Below, one piece after another: positions 22,801 to 34,400 of a stretch of DNA of 64,000 bases (the stretch's first letter is position 1; the number at the start of each line of letters is the position of its first letter). The stretch lies in NCBI RefSeq assembly GCF_018350175.1, contig NC_058377.1, positions 106,144,001 through 106,208,000 of the forward strand. The letters run 5' to 3'. The notes under the pieces were generated by a model. The model ran no database searches and was not told where the DNA came from. It saw nothing but the letters and a program-made list of their open reading frames with translations. A program made the translations under genes and the position numbers. Origin of the DNA: Felis catus. Lineage: Eukaryota.

Positions 22801-25800
22801 GGCATGAAACTACCGGGAAGGTGGGAAACAATGCGGATGCCCTGAGACCCTCCACACCGGGCTTCTCAGAGACCCTTCCTCTGTCCCCAGGCTCTGCAGG
22901 TCCCCACAGAGCCCAGCCTGCCCGACTTCCCAGCAACCTCTGCTCACCAGCGTGATATCTCGAGAGGCAGCAGCTGCACTCATGTGCAGGCTCGGCTGCC
23001 GAATGGAGCTGCTGCAATCTAGGGCTCTTGCGAAGGTCCCCACGGCCCTAAGGGAGATATTAAGAAGTCAAGAGAGAGACAAGAAAGCATGAGTGAGCTG
23101 AGGAACTAAGCCAGATAAGGAAAACCACGCAGGCCAAAACAACCAGTCTAGTCCAGCTCTGAGAATTCGATGCAGAGCGTCCACACCGCCCCCAGCCCGT
23201 CTTGCCCGTCCACCCACCCCTCACCGGGCCACCACGAGAAACTGATCAATCTGCCGGTCTGTGAGAGGGTTGTCCGGGTCCCAGACCTTCATCTCCATCT
23301 TCTGTTGGTTCCGATTATCAGATTCTCCTGGGCAACAGGGCAATGGCAACATCAGGGAGAGGGAAAGGAGAACAATAGGTGCCTTGACACAACAGCACCT
23401 CGCTCCCCCCATGCCTCTGGCGTGGATTCTATCAGCCACCTCAACTCTCGGACTTTTCTTCCCGACTGTGCCCATTGGCCCCTTGCAGGTTCCCAAGGTC
23501 CCAGCTTGTCAGGGCGATGGCACAGAGCCGTGAAGGCCGTGGAGCCTATGACTCCGCAGCACGCCATTCACAGCGACTACGACGTTACGTGACTCAGGGG
23601 CCGCACGCTCCGTCCTGTTGCTTACCCTCTGCCAGACGATCTGGGATCTCGGCTTGGTATTTGCAACCAACTCGGATCTCCCCCTGATCGGCTAAAAGCG
23701 TCTTCTGCACGGGGTCGAACACCAGTGAGTAAAAAAAGCAGTCCTGGAGCCAGGAAGAAAAGGTAAGCGGGCGGTGGGGAGCATCCAGCGTTCCCATGAC
23801 AGGCGGTCCGTGGACCTGAACCTCATTCCAGTCCTACTCTCCTCTGGCCTTCTGGGCACACCCACTCCCCTCCTTCTTTCCCCCCACACCTCTTTCTCAC
23901 CTCCTTTTCCAAGTATTGGCTCAAGATGTCGGTCTCATTCAAGAGGGTCACGCTGCATTTCCCCCTACAGGAGAGAGGTCCGAAAACCCTAGGTTAGCTC
24001 CTCATTCCTTCTCCACAGTACTTCCATTATGCCACCACGCCCCTCCGCTCCATCTTCTAAAGAAGTGCACACCGGCCACAGTGGCCCCGATTGTCCTATA
24101 CCTTATGTGGGTGGCTGGTAACGATTCAAATTGCCGAGAAAGAAAAAGCTCCCGGTGCTTCAGTTGATGTCGCTGCTGCTCTGACACCCCTGGCTGCTTT
24201 GATTCCTCCTCAAACTCCCCTGGGAGATTAAGGAGGAAGACGTCAAGTCAGAAACTAATTCAGCAAGAAGCCACCTTGGAAACTCTGACCCGGGGAAAAC
24301 ACTTCCTATCTCAGCTGTTTTTTTTTCACATTCCCCAGGCATCTGCCGTTTATACCTACAGCCACCAGCTTTCCCACTGAGCCCTCTCCTCCTAGCCCTC
24401 TCCGCTGTTCCGGTCCTCCCAGCTCCCCATCACCAGTGCCTTGGGAACAGCTGCTGAGAGTACAAAGAATGCCACAGAAACCCATCCCAAACCCAGGTAC
24501 CAATGCTCAGATGCCACTCATAAAGCACAAATCTGCCCACACTAGGCCCAGCAGGAACATCACACTCGTCTCTCCTGCGAAACCAGCCTGAGGTTCAGAA
24601 ACCCAATCTGGTGAACAACTGTCACATAAGGTCGTGTTTACTAGTTTTTCTTTTCAGAGTTCAGGAGACTCTTTGCTCTTAAACATCAGGCAACCGTAAC
24701 AATCCTTGGCTGTCCACTTGACTACTAAGTTTGTGGGGCTTCTGAGGACAGTATTTCCCAAGCCAGTGCCAACACCTTCCTTCCCAGGAGCTGCGACTTG
24801 CCCTGAAACCCTGGTGAGAAGGGTTAACTTGGCTGAGTGCCACCCAAAGTGGGAGGGGGCAGGAGAGCCACAGGCCCAGGCTCATTGGTGCATTGTTCCC
24901 AACCTCAGGGAGAAGGGGGGTGGGGGTGCATCGGGCTCCACCCCTCGCCTGTGTGCTCCGCCTGTGTGCTCCGGAAACCCTGTGCGAAACCCTGTGCTAA
25001 GGCAAGGGGGGGACCACACCCCCCACCCCTTCTGATTGGACAAGGCCAAGGTCAGCCCCTGCCAGATGGAGCTGGAAACCCCAGAGGGCCAGGGAACTTG
25101 GTAGGCCTAGCTCCTTGTTAACCCCTTCGTGCTCAAAGCAGCCTGAAATAAGGAAAATAATTTAAGAAGGAGGAACAAGAGAAAGAGGAAAGAAAGCCAA
25201 AGCAGGAAAGGGAAAATCAACTAAGGAAAACAGGAGATAATTTTTTTTAAAAAAGATAAAATCATAAAGAGAAGGAAGACAAGGCAAAAGGGAAAGATAT
25301 AAAATGGATTGGAGAAGGACAGAAGAGGTGGGAAAGAGCAAAAAGGGCAAGATAACTTTCCGAGCTTCCTATTCTGCCCTTTCAATGTATTCTCGCTACC
25401 TCGCGACCACAAAATGAGGCTGCTTCCCTGTCCTGCAAGCTTCTAAGTACCACCTCTTCCTCTTCACCTTGACCTTTGCAATCACCACCCATTGTCCCAA
25501 TGTACCCCAAACCGTCCCTCAAGGGTCCTGCTTCTCTACAGCTCTTCTTCCTCCCCTATTTAAATACTATCATCTCTTTTCCACCTATCGTTCAGATACA
25601 CACACTCCCACACAAGTCATATTCTGGCTTTCCTTATCATCGTCTCTCCACCCTGCTTCCAACCCCAACGTGTAAAAACAGGCCTCCTTCTGTAGACCAG
25701 GCATTTCCCACCCCCAAACTCACACCCGGGCTTTGGGCATGCTACCAGGGGAAACACCTGCAGGGACATGCCCAGACCTCAGATCATGGGAAGGGGGAGA

Positions 25801-26146
25801 CAGGGAGGGTGGGGGTGGGGTGGGGGTACGAAGACACTCACTGGCATTGCTATCAGCCAGGCTGTTGAGGCTACTAGAAATGTCCCTTCGCCGAAAAAGG
25901 CACACAACCTTTGCCTCCACGTTTCCATTTGCTGTCTAAGGGGGGGAAAACTGCAGTTAAAATGGGTTGTTTTAAAGTGGAAACACACGAAGAAGAAACT
26001 AAGCATGAAGTAGTTTCTAAGGGGTGTAAATAGAAAAACCCAAGAAACTATGAGGGTTTTGGTTTTTTTTATAACTTTCTTTTTTAAGAGAGAGAGAGAG
26101 CATGATCTGGGGAGAGGGGAGGTGGGGAGGGACGGAGGGAGGGAGG

Positions 26147-26177
<31 letters not shown>

Positions 26178-27456
26178 AATCTCAAGCAGACTCCACGCTC
26201 AGCATGGAGCCCAACTCAAGTCTCCATCCCACAACCCTGGAATCATGACCTGAGCCAAAACTGAGTCGGACCCTCAACCCACTGAGCCACCCAGACACCC
26301 AAAGAAATTACAAATAAAGAGACTCACATTTAAGGACAACTTCCAAACTTCTTTCCCCTAGACTTTCCCTTTCCTTAGCCCCCAAGAGAAGGAATAGGAA
26401 AGCTCCCACCTAGCTCTCAAAAGCCTTTCCTGAATACACTGAATGAATAAATGAATGAATGAATGAATATGAATGGGCACTTAGGATTAGGGCTGGTTTT
26501 TCTCTGGATCTCTCTCTCTTCCATCTGAAGTTAGTGACCTCAGAAAAAAAAAAGACCCCCTGGAGGGAGGGAGGTACCCGAAGGGGCAGGGGTGGGACTA
26601 TGCTCCACTCACCTTGTTGAGCTCCTCAATCCGTCTAACCAGGTAAGGATTGCTGGAAGAGTTCTCAAAATAGACGTAATCTGTAGGAGGGGGTGGGGAA
26701 GCACCGGGAAGATCAGAGGAGGAGATGGGAAAGCCAGAGCACCAGGGTCAGAGAGAAAAGAGGCCTGAGGGGACCAAAAGAATAGGTAGCACCAGGTAGA
26801 GAGAACGCTGAAATGTGGAAGTAGAGAGACTACGAGAAAATGAGGGATTCCCCCCCCCCCGCCACCACCACCACCCCTGACCACCGAGTTCTAATATCAG
26901 ATCTTTCTCTCAAAAGTGAGCCTCAACGAAGAGACAAGAAACAGGGGGTCCCCCTGCAGTCCCCACAATTCAGCGATGGAGTTGCACCCCGGCATCGGCA
27001 ATTGTTCGCTCTAGTGCCCTCGCCTTTTCGAACCCAGGCGCACAATAAATAACGCCCCGGGGGAGAGGAAACCTCCCGACGGTCCCGCTCAGGCGGCAGA
27101 GCGGACGCCTCGGCCCTTGGTGCCCCCTGCCTGCCCTGTCAGCTCCTTCCGCACCACTTTCCCAGGCCCCACTTCCGACCCGGGGCCCCAGACGCGGCCC
27201 CGAGAGTGCCGTCGGGGCAGCCCGCAGGCTCTCCAGGGGGCCTCGGCGCCCGGCCGCGTCGCGGTCCCCGCACCCTCGCTCCCCGTGCTCCCGGTTCCGG
27301 TTCCGGTCCGCGCTCGGGACCACGCCGCCCCGGACGCGGCTCCTCGCGCTGCCGGGTGCCGAGCCTCTCCAGCCCCGGTCCCCGACTTCTCCCGCCCCGG
27401 GCCCCGCAGCCCCTTCCCCGGTACTCACCCCCCACCCGGTACATGTTGGCCGCCAT
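19849..27456 (-). CDS. MTA2: Metastasis-associated protein MTA2 (NuRD subunit), 18 exons, 668 aa
   Basis: Exons: 27429-27456, 26613-26680, 25842-25935, 24102-24219, 23901-23964, 23626-23743, 23225-23327, 22948-23047, 22621-22809, 22443-22517, 22259-22317, 21940-22037, 21681-21820, 21193-21421, 20900-20989, 20492-20610, 20234-20382, 19849-20014; sum 2007 nt. BAH ([18 protein letters not shown]), ELM2 ([13 protein letters not shown]), SANT ([22 protein letters not shown]), GATA-type finger (CESC...CASC), ends IVLED. Confidence 0.99.
22173..22215 (+). repeat. Interrupted poly-G tract (G14-C-G15-A-G8) in MTA2 intron 11
   Basis: Direct count. Confidence 0.9.
26068..26300 (-). mobile_element. Can-SINE, MTA2 intron 2, with (GA)n
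   Basis: Ends actgagccacccagacaccc. Confidence 0.85.
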
Positions 27457-28246
27457 GGCCGTTCCCGCCGCCGCCTCCGGCCGCACAAAGGGGTCCGGGA
27501 GGCTCGCGGGGGCAGGGCTCGGCTCGAGGCGAAGCCCCGAGCGCGGGGCTGGCGCTTCGCGGAAGTCTCGGTCGGGCCCGCGCAGCCGGCACCTCCGCTG
27601 CCTCAGCCGTCGCGGTTCATCCCGGCCCGCGCTGTCGCCGCCGCAGCTACCGCCTCACGCCCGGGACGCCGAGGCCAGCGCCGGTCCGCTCGGCCTCTTC
27701 CGGAACAAGCTCGGCTCCCGCCGGACCGGAGCCAGGTTCTGACTCTCCCCGCCCTCGCCGAGCCCCACCAGACGTTGGGATCTGCCGGCCGCCGGGAAGG
27801 CTTGCCCTGCCCGCCTTGGGTTTCGCCTCCTTCCGGAACACCTTCGGCCGATCCGGAGAACAAGGCCCGGCGCTCGGCTCAGGTCGGAGAGCGAGACCCC
27901 AGAGATCGGCTACTTCCGGAAAAGGTTCGGCTCCCTCCGGCCAACCGCGGCCCGGCGCTCGGTTATTTCCGTTGCAGCTCGGCCCCTCCTCCGAGGGCGG
28001 GAGAGGTGTTGGGCTTAACTCTCTCCTCGCCGGAGCCCCTCAACTCCGCCTGCGGCCGCGAAAAGACTCGCGCGCCTTTGCGCTCCGCCGGGTTATTTGC
28101 AAGCGGCTTTGCCTGTTATTTGCATGAGTGGCCTACGCTCCCCTACTCCTTCCAAACTCCTCTTTTCCTTCATCGCCACCCCCACAGGGCCCCGGAGGCG
28201 CCCAGCCGCGCCCCACAAAAGGACTGGGAGGCGACTTTGCTTTTGG

Positions 28247-28252
28247 TTTATT
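28247..28252 (-). terminator. EML3: EML3 polyadenylation signal AATAAA
   Basis: tttatt about 215 nt past the TGA at 28466. Confidence 0.75.
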
Positions 28253-28465
28253 GCCCCTCAGCAGGCGGCAGGAGTCAGGGCCCAGGCTGGGGCTGCCCGG
28301 CTCAGCCAGCGGGTCTCTACAGTGTGTGCGGGGTGCCGTTCGCCCCCTCCAGGGAAACGCGCGATCGGGAATGTCTCGAAGTCGAGGAAAAGTCGGCCCC
28401 TGGTCCTGGGGGTTTCGGGTGGGCGGGGCCGCGCCGCAGGGCCGGTGGCTCCCCTCCGGCAGCGG

Positions 28466-31400
28466 TCANNNNNNNNNNNNNNNNNNNNNNNNNNNNNNNN
28501 NNNNNNNNNNNNNNNNNNNNNNNNNNNNNNNNNNNNNNNNNNNNNNNNNNNNNNNNNNNNNNNNNNNNNNNNNNNNNNNNNNNNNNNNNNNNNNNNNNNN
28601 NNNNNNNNNNNNNNNNNNNNNNNNNNNNNNNNCGTGGCTGCCGTGGCCGCCGTACACGAGGCTCGGAGCCTGGGCGGGAAAGAAGACCGAGCTGCGGTGG
28701 CCGGGGAGCCCTGGACCCGGCCCCCGCCCGCCAGGCCCCAGAGGCCCCTGGAGGCCTCACCTTGGCGCGCGCGCACGGGTACTGGAACAGGTGCACTTTG
28801 CAGAAGTCGTCGGCCACGGCCACCACTCGCTCGTTGTGGGAGCGGCACAGGGAGTTGATGTCGGTGCCATCCGAGCCGTCTGGCCACACGCCTAGCACAG
28901 CAGCCGGCCTCAGTATGGCCTCCTCCCCGCGGCCACCCACGGCCCAGGCTCCGCACCGTTTCCGGCGGTCAGGCAGCCGAGGCCGCCCACCGGCCGCGTT
29001 CCAGGCAATCCTTCCCGGTCCCGGCAGCCACCGAGGGCCAGAGGGGCCTCCTGGGCTGGATCTGCCGGTTTCTTGACACCCACCCCTCTGCCACATGCCC
29101 AGCATTCCGAGCCCAGTGCGGGCTCCACCTTACCCCGCACACCCCACCCCACCCCACCCCACCCGCAAGGTTCAGAGGCCCTGCTCACCATAGACATGGA
29201 AGCCCAGCACGCACGTGTAGGTGGCCCACTCCCGGTCTCGGCTCTCATAGCGATTTCTCAGCAGCTTGCAGCCTCCAGCCACGTCCCCTGGGGGGAGGGA
29301 ACCCACCCAACTCAGCTCTCCCCCTGCCCTCGGTTGCCAAGACACCGACCCACCGACCCACTGACCGGGAAGGGTAGGTTGGAAGGACTAACTTGAGGTA
29401 ATGGCATGAGATCTGGTCACCTTGGTAGCCCTCAGCCCAGGGCAAAACCCAGCCCCATGCACTTCCTGAATCCTGAAGTTCTGAAGTTCCCCTAACAGCT
29501 TCTCATCAGTTCTTCCTCCCTGGCTAAGTCAATTCCTCCACACCTGCTGAGAAACTTGTCCTAAAACAATCTTTTCCTAGCACGTTCCTCAACTCCCTCA
29601 AGTCCTCGTGGGGAAAGGCATGGTGTAAAACTGTGCAGGGTTTTTCAATTCACAATATTTCTCCTACCTGAACAATTCCAACTCCACTTCAGCCCCATCT
29701 CTACCTGGAGCTGCCTACATACTCTTCGTCCCCTCCCAACCAGGAGCCTCCCACCCCGAAACAAAACCCAGCCGATTACCCATTCCCCATGCTTTCCCCT
29801 ACAGCCACTCACAGTAAAGGATCTCATAGTCCCCAGAATTGGACATGATGAAATTCCCATCTTTGGACCAGTCAAGGTGAGTGATGAAGCTGGAGTGACC
29901 CTGGGAGCAAGGGTCAAGAGACTAAAAATGTAGCTACCATTTCCCATCCCCAGGTCCCCCTTAGTGCATGAGAGCCCTTCCAGTTTACCTGCTATGGCAA
30001 TGCCCCACCCTCCACCCCGGCTTCCTCACCACACAGCGGCCAAAGCGGCTGGACTTGGCACCCTCACTGGAAACGCTATAGATGTAGATCATGTTGTCAT
30101 GGGAACCGATGGCCAGGTACAACCCATCTATAAAGACAGTCACTCAGAGAGGGAAGGGCCAGGGACAGGTCTGGGTCCAGGGTGGGGGTGGCTCCCACCT
30201 GGGCTGTACCGGACCACTGAGAGCTGCTCATTGCCATCAGTGACATCAGACACGATCTCTCTGGTCTCTGTGTCCAAAACCAGCCACCTGGAAGGGAGGG
30301 GGCGGAAAGCAGGTGTGAGGTTACCCATCCCGGGCAACGGGGTTGGCAAGTTGGAGAGCGTCAGAGACGCCAACAGAAAGGCTGTGGTGTAGACGGGTTG
30401 CCGCTGCATTCTTATGCCAGGAGATCGGAAGACGCTAAGGAGAGAGAAAGGGTGAGGGGCTTCTGATGCCTCTAAGAAAAGAATACAGGAACCTTATGGA
30501 GTCTGTAAGCCTGTCGCTTCCCTGTGTCAGTCTCTCCCATGTCCCTCCTATCCCCCACAGCTTTTCTATCCTAAGGCTCAGAGGGGAGAGTGGCTGGGTG
30601 TGATGACAGTTGCCACAAGCAGAGCAGGGGAGGCCTGGGCTGCAGAGAAAAGCAATGAGAAACGAGAAGGTGCGGTTGGGGCTCCTGAGCCACACTCCTC
30701 CCCTGCCACCCCATTACCGGGGCCCTTCCCAAAGCTCCTGCTTTCCCCTCCCAGGAATCCTGGCTCCTCTCACCTCCCTGTGTTCAGTCCTACGGCCACA
30801 ACTGCCCCGCTGGGGTGGAAGTCAGCACAGAGACCAGTCTCCTGGGAGGGGGGAGAAGGTGAATTCAGGAAGATGCCTTCCTAGTGAAGGTTCCCGGACA
30901 GACACCTCGTCATGTTGGTAACACCAAAGCCTTCTCCTCCCAAGGATGAGACAGGGAGGAGAGGGACAGTAGACCTGGGGTGGAGGCAGGGTGTCACTGG
31001 AGCCTAAACTAGGCGATACTCAACATATTTAACAACCAGAACTGAGCTAGGAGGCTGTGCCAGAGATTAACCATTTGTTGCTGGACCAAAGGGAGGTCTG
31101 GGGGTTTGGGGGCAAGGGGGAGGGGACAGTGCCTAGGGGACACTGGAGGCATCCGCACAGAAGAATGCAGATTTTGGTAGCCAACACAGCCATACCAGTA
31201 CAAAGCGGCTGCCCCTGGGGAGAAGGAAGAGGGATGCTGGGGAAGGAGTGGGGTCCACAGAAAGCCATGGTGGGTGTGGCACTGGGGATCCAGGGACACG
31301 GGGCTCTACCTTGAGGTCAATGCTCCAGGCCAGCGCATGGCCCTCCCCATCCCACAGGCAGAGTTGTCGGTCATGGCCACAGGTGAGAAAACGGTTCTGG

Positions 31401-34400
31401 AAGGGATGTGTGCAGAGCCCCCAGAGCTCATCCGTGTGACCCTGCAGCAGATCACGGGCTGTTACCTCTGCCCCTCCTCAGTAGCACTTCCCACCCTCCT
31501 CCCTGGAGCCCTTGGCCCTCCAACCTGGATTACAGGGGAGAAGCCCTGCGCCAGATCTCCCCTCAGCAATGCATTCTTCGTGGTTCCCACCAGCAGCTCG
31601 GAGCCCAGCCCCTCAGCAATGGCCCGCACAGCCCCAAAGTGTTCAGGAATCTGCAGAACAGTGGCATGAAGTCAGGGGCCCCCTGGCCATTCCTCTCCCC
31701 ACTCCCTCCTTCGACCCCAGGCTAGCCCTCACCTCAGCCTCCTGGAGAGCCACCAATCCCGGCCCCCACTGGACCAGCCGGCGGTCCCGTCCGCCACCAC
31801 TCAGTACAGTCCCATCCCGCCGGAGACACAGGGCAAAGATGGAACCTTCGTGAGCATGGGCCTGGGCCACAATCCCATAGGTCTCTGTTGGCAAAGTCAC
31901 GAGTGGGTCATGCTGTGGGGGTACAGGGAAGTGGGGAACAGAGGCAGCCTTGGCCGTCACAACACAATAATAACTCCTAGCCGCTGAGCACCTACTGAAT
32001 GTGATCTCTGATCCTCAGCTATTATTTTACCCAGTTTACAGACTGAACAACCGAGGCTCAAAGAAGCGAGGTAACTTCCTAAAGGCCACACAACTAGTGG
32101 CAAAACTGGAATCTGAACCCAGGATCTGGCAGACTCCAAAGCCCCAGCCGTGTCGCCCCTACCCTGCCAGCCGGCCTTTCTAGAGGGTCCACAGAGATCT
32201 ATCAATTCTCATGGTTAAAAAAAAAAAAAGGAAAAGGAAAATCCTCTGTTTCCCACAGACACCCTCTGGGGCACTAGACTTCCCAGGTGCCACCCCCAAC
32301 CACATACCTTTGGCCCCACCCCTGCCTGGGGTCCTGGCATCTGAGAGGCTCCGTCCCCAGGTGAGAATGTTCCCCTCTGAGTCCCCCGTAAGAATGTCCC
32401 CATCCGGGAGGAACACAAAGCAAGGGACAAACTTGGGTTTCTTGTATTTCTAGGGGAGAGAGCAGAGATCAAAGGGAAGGCCAAAGACTGAAAGTCACAG
32501 ACCCTTGCCAGCTGGGTGGTATCAGGGTCTAAGGTATTCAGACCAATACTTCCATCTCCACTCTGTCCTCCCCCCCCCCCACCCCACACCCATCCACGCC
32601 TCACCCCAAAGACACCCTGTTTCCGGGTGAGAGTCCCGTTCCCAGGAACCCCTGCTCCTCCACTCCAGTTCCAGAAGTGGACATGCGATTTCCCACTGGT
32701 GACAATGCAGCTGCTGTCGCGAGGGCTGAAGCCAACGGCCAAGACTGAGTCATTTGTACTCTGAAGGGAAGATACCAGATTCAGCCACCCCAGGCCCTGA
32801 GCACCTTCACTTGACTTGACTCCAGTTTGCAGCCTGACAGCCGGTCTGCTGATATCCTGAAACCCGAGGACAAGCCTTCCTTCTGGACCCAGACCCTGGT
32901 CCCCTCAGGGCACCCCTCCCTGTCACTCACAATGCCAGAACCACCCTGATGCCTAAGACATTATCCCTCAGGAAGCCAGAACTTCTGAAATCCCCATTTA
33001 CAGCCTCAGAGAGGCTAGGGGGCTTCCTCCAGGTGACCCGGCCAGAAAGGAAGTCAACGTATGGGTAAGTCTGCAGCTCTCTATACTTCACTGCCCTCAG
33101 GTCCCTAACCACGGTGCCCCGCCAGGCCGCCTGGACTCCTCACCTTGATCTCAGCCAGCTTTGTGCCCCGGCTGCAGTCCCACACGGACAGCATGTGCTC
33201 ATTGGAATCATCCACCACACAAAGAAAAGCACCCTGATCCTGAGAATGGGGGACACATCGGAGGGGCCGAGTGAGGCCTAGAAGTCTGTGGGTTCATGGT
33301 CATTAGGCAAGGGCTGCCATCACAAGTTGAGCGGGCAGGAGAAGGGGACACCTGCTCCTTTCTCAGGAGAACCGGCGGAGTCAGGTTCAGGAAGGCCAGA
33401 ACTTCTGAGGCTTCCCGGGGAAGTGCAAGAATGAGGTTCCTGGGCAAGGAAGATGGGGGCCTAGAGGCTTTGGGGTCAGCTCACCGCAACTGAAAAGGCC
33501 AGGGCTCCCACGCCCCGCTCGAAGGCCCCCAGTCCAATCTCCTGCAGCTTCAGCAGTGTCTCTGAGTCCCAGACGTGAACCACAGGCTGCAGGGGCTGGG
33601 AGAGGAGAAGGGGGTCAGGGGTATGAAGGAAAGGCAGGCTGGAATTTCATCCTGGCTGCCTGGTGTTGGGCTTTGGTCTTACCTTTCCATCTTTATCCAC
33701 TCCAGCTGTCTGTCCTGAGGCTACACGAACACCATCGGGGTGGACGGCCAGACTAAGTGGGGGGAGGAGACACTCTAGGGAAGGGGGTCGGTCTCTCAAG
33801 ACCCCTCAGGACACCTTCTCCATGCTTGCAGAGCAGCAAGGCGACTCTACTCTCCTGCTCCTCCACACCCACCCAGACCCTGCTCCTGCCAAGCCCACCG
33901 TCCCCACGCCTAGAGCCGCCCGCCCACTCCCAGGTCCCAGGCCCCTCACCATCGAACACAGTCCGTGTGGCCCCGGTNNNNNNNNNNNNNNNNNNNNNNN
34001 NNNNNNNNNNNNNNNNNNNNNNNNNNNNNNNNNNNNNNNNNNNNNNNNNNNNNNNNNNNNNNNNNNNNNNNNNNNNNNNNNNNNNNNNNNNNNNNNNNNN
34101 NNNNNNNNNNNNNNNNNNNNNNNNNGTGGGGATCACAGTCAAGGAAAGGGTCAGATCAAGGGCAGAATGAGGAAGAGGGGGCAACGGAAGACCTTCTGGC
34201 TGGCAGCACCATCGGCAGAGGATGGGAGGGGAGGATTCAGAGGGCTCCCTGATCCCGCAGGTCCAGGGGGAAACCATAAAGAAGGGGGGGTTCCCAAGAT
34301 GATTAAGGTGGTTCCTGGGGGATTGGAGGGGGCAGGATACACCCAGTCAAGGCTGAGGGTCTCCGGGGGTGGGCCGCTGGGCAGCTCCTCAAGGCTGCGG

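Larger units (their letters stand above)
26950..29100. promoter_or_regulatory. Large CpG island covering the MTA2 promoter/exon 1 and the last two EML3 exons
   Basis: Very GC/CpG rich; TTCCGGAA three times; ATTTGCAT at 28118-28125. Confidence 0.85.

Noticed and set aside
27117-29105. Long ORFs (336, 433, 253, 255, 262 aa) over the MTA2/EML3 island
   Set aside because: Pro/Arg/Gly/Ala-rich products expected from stop-poor CpG-island DNA; several are open only because they cross Ns; no recognisable domain.
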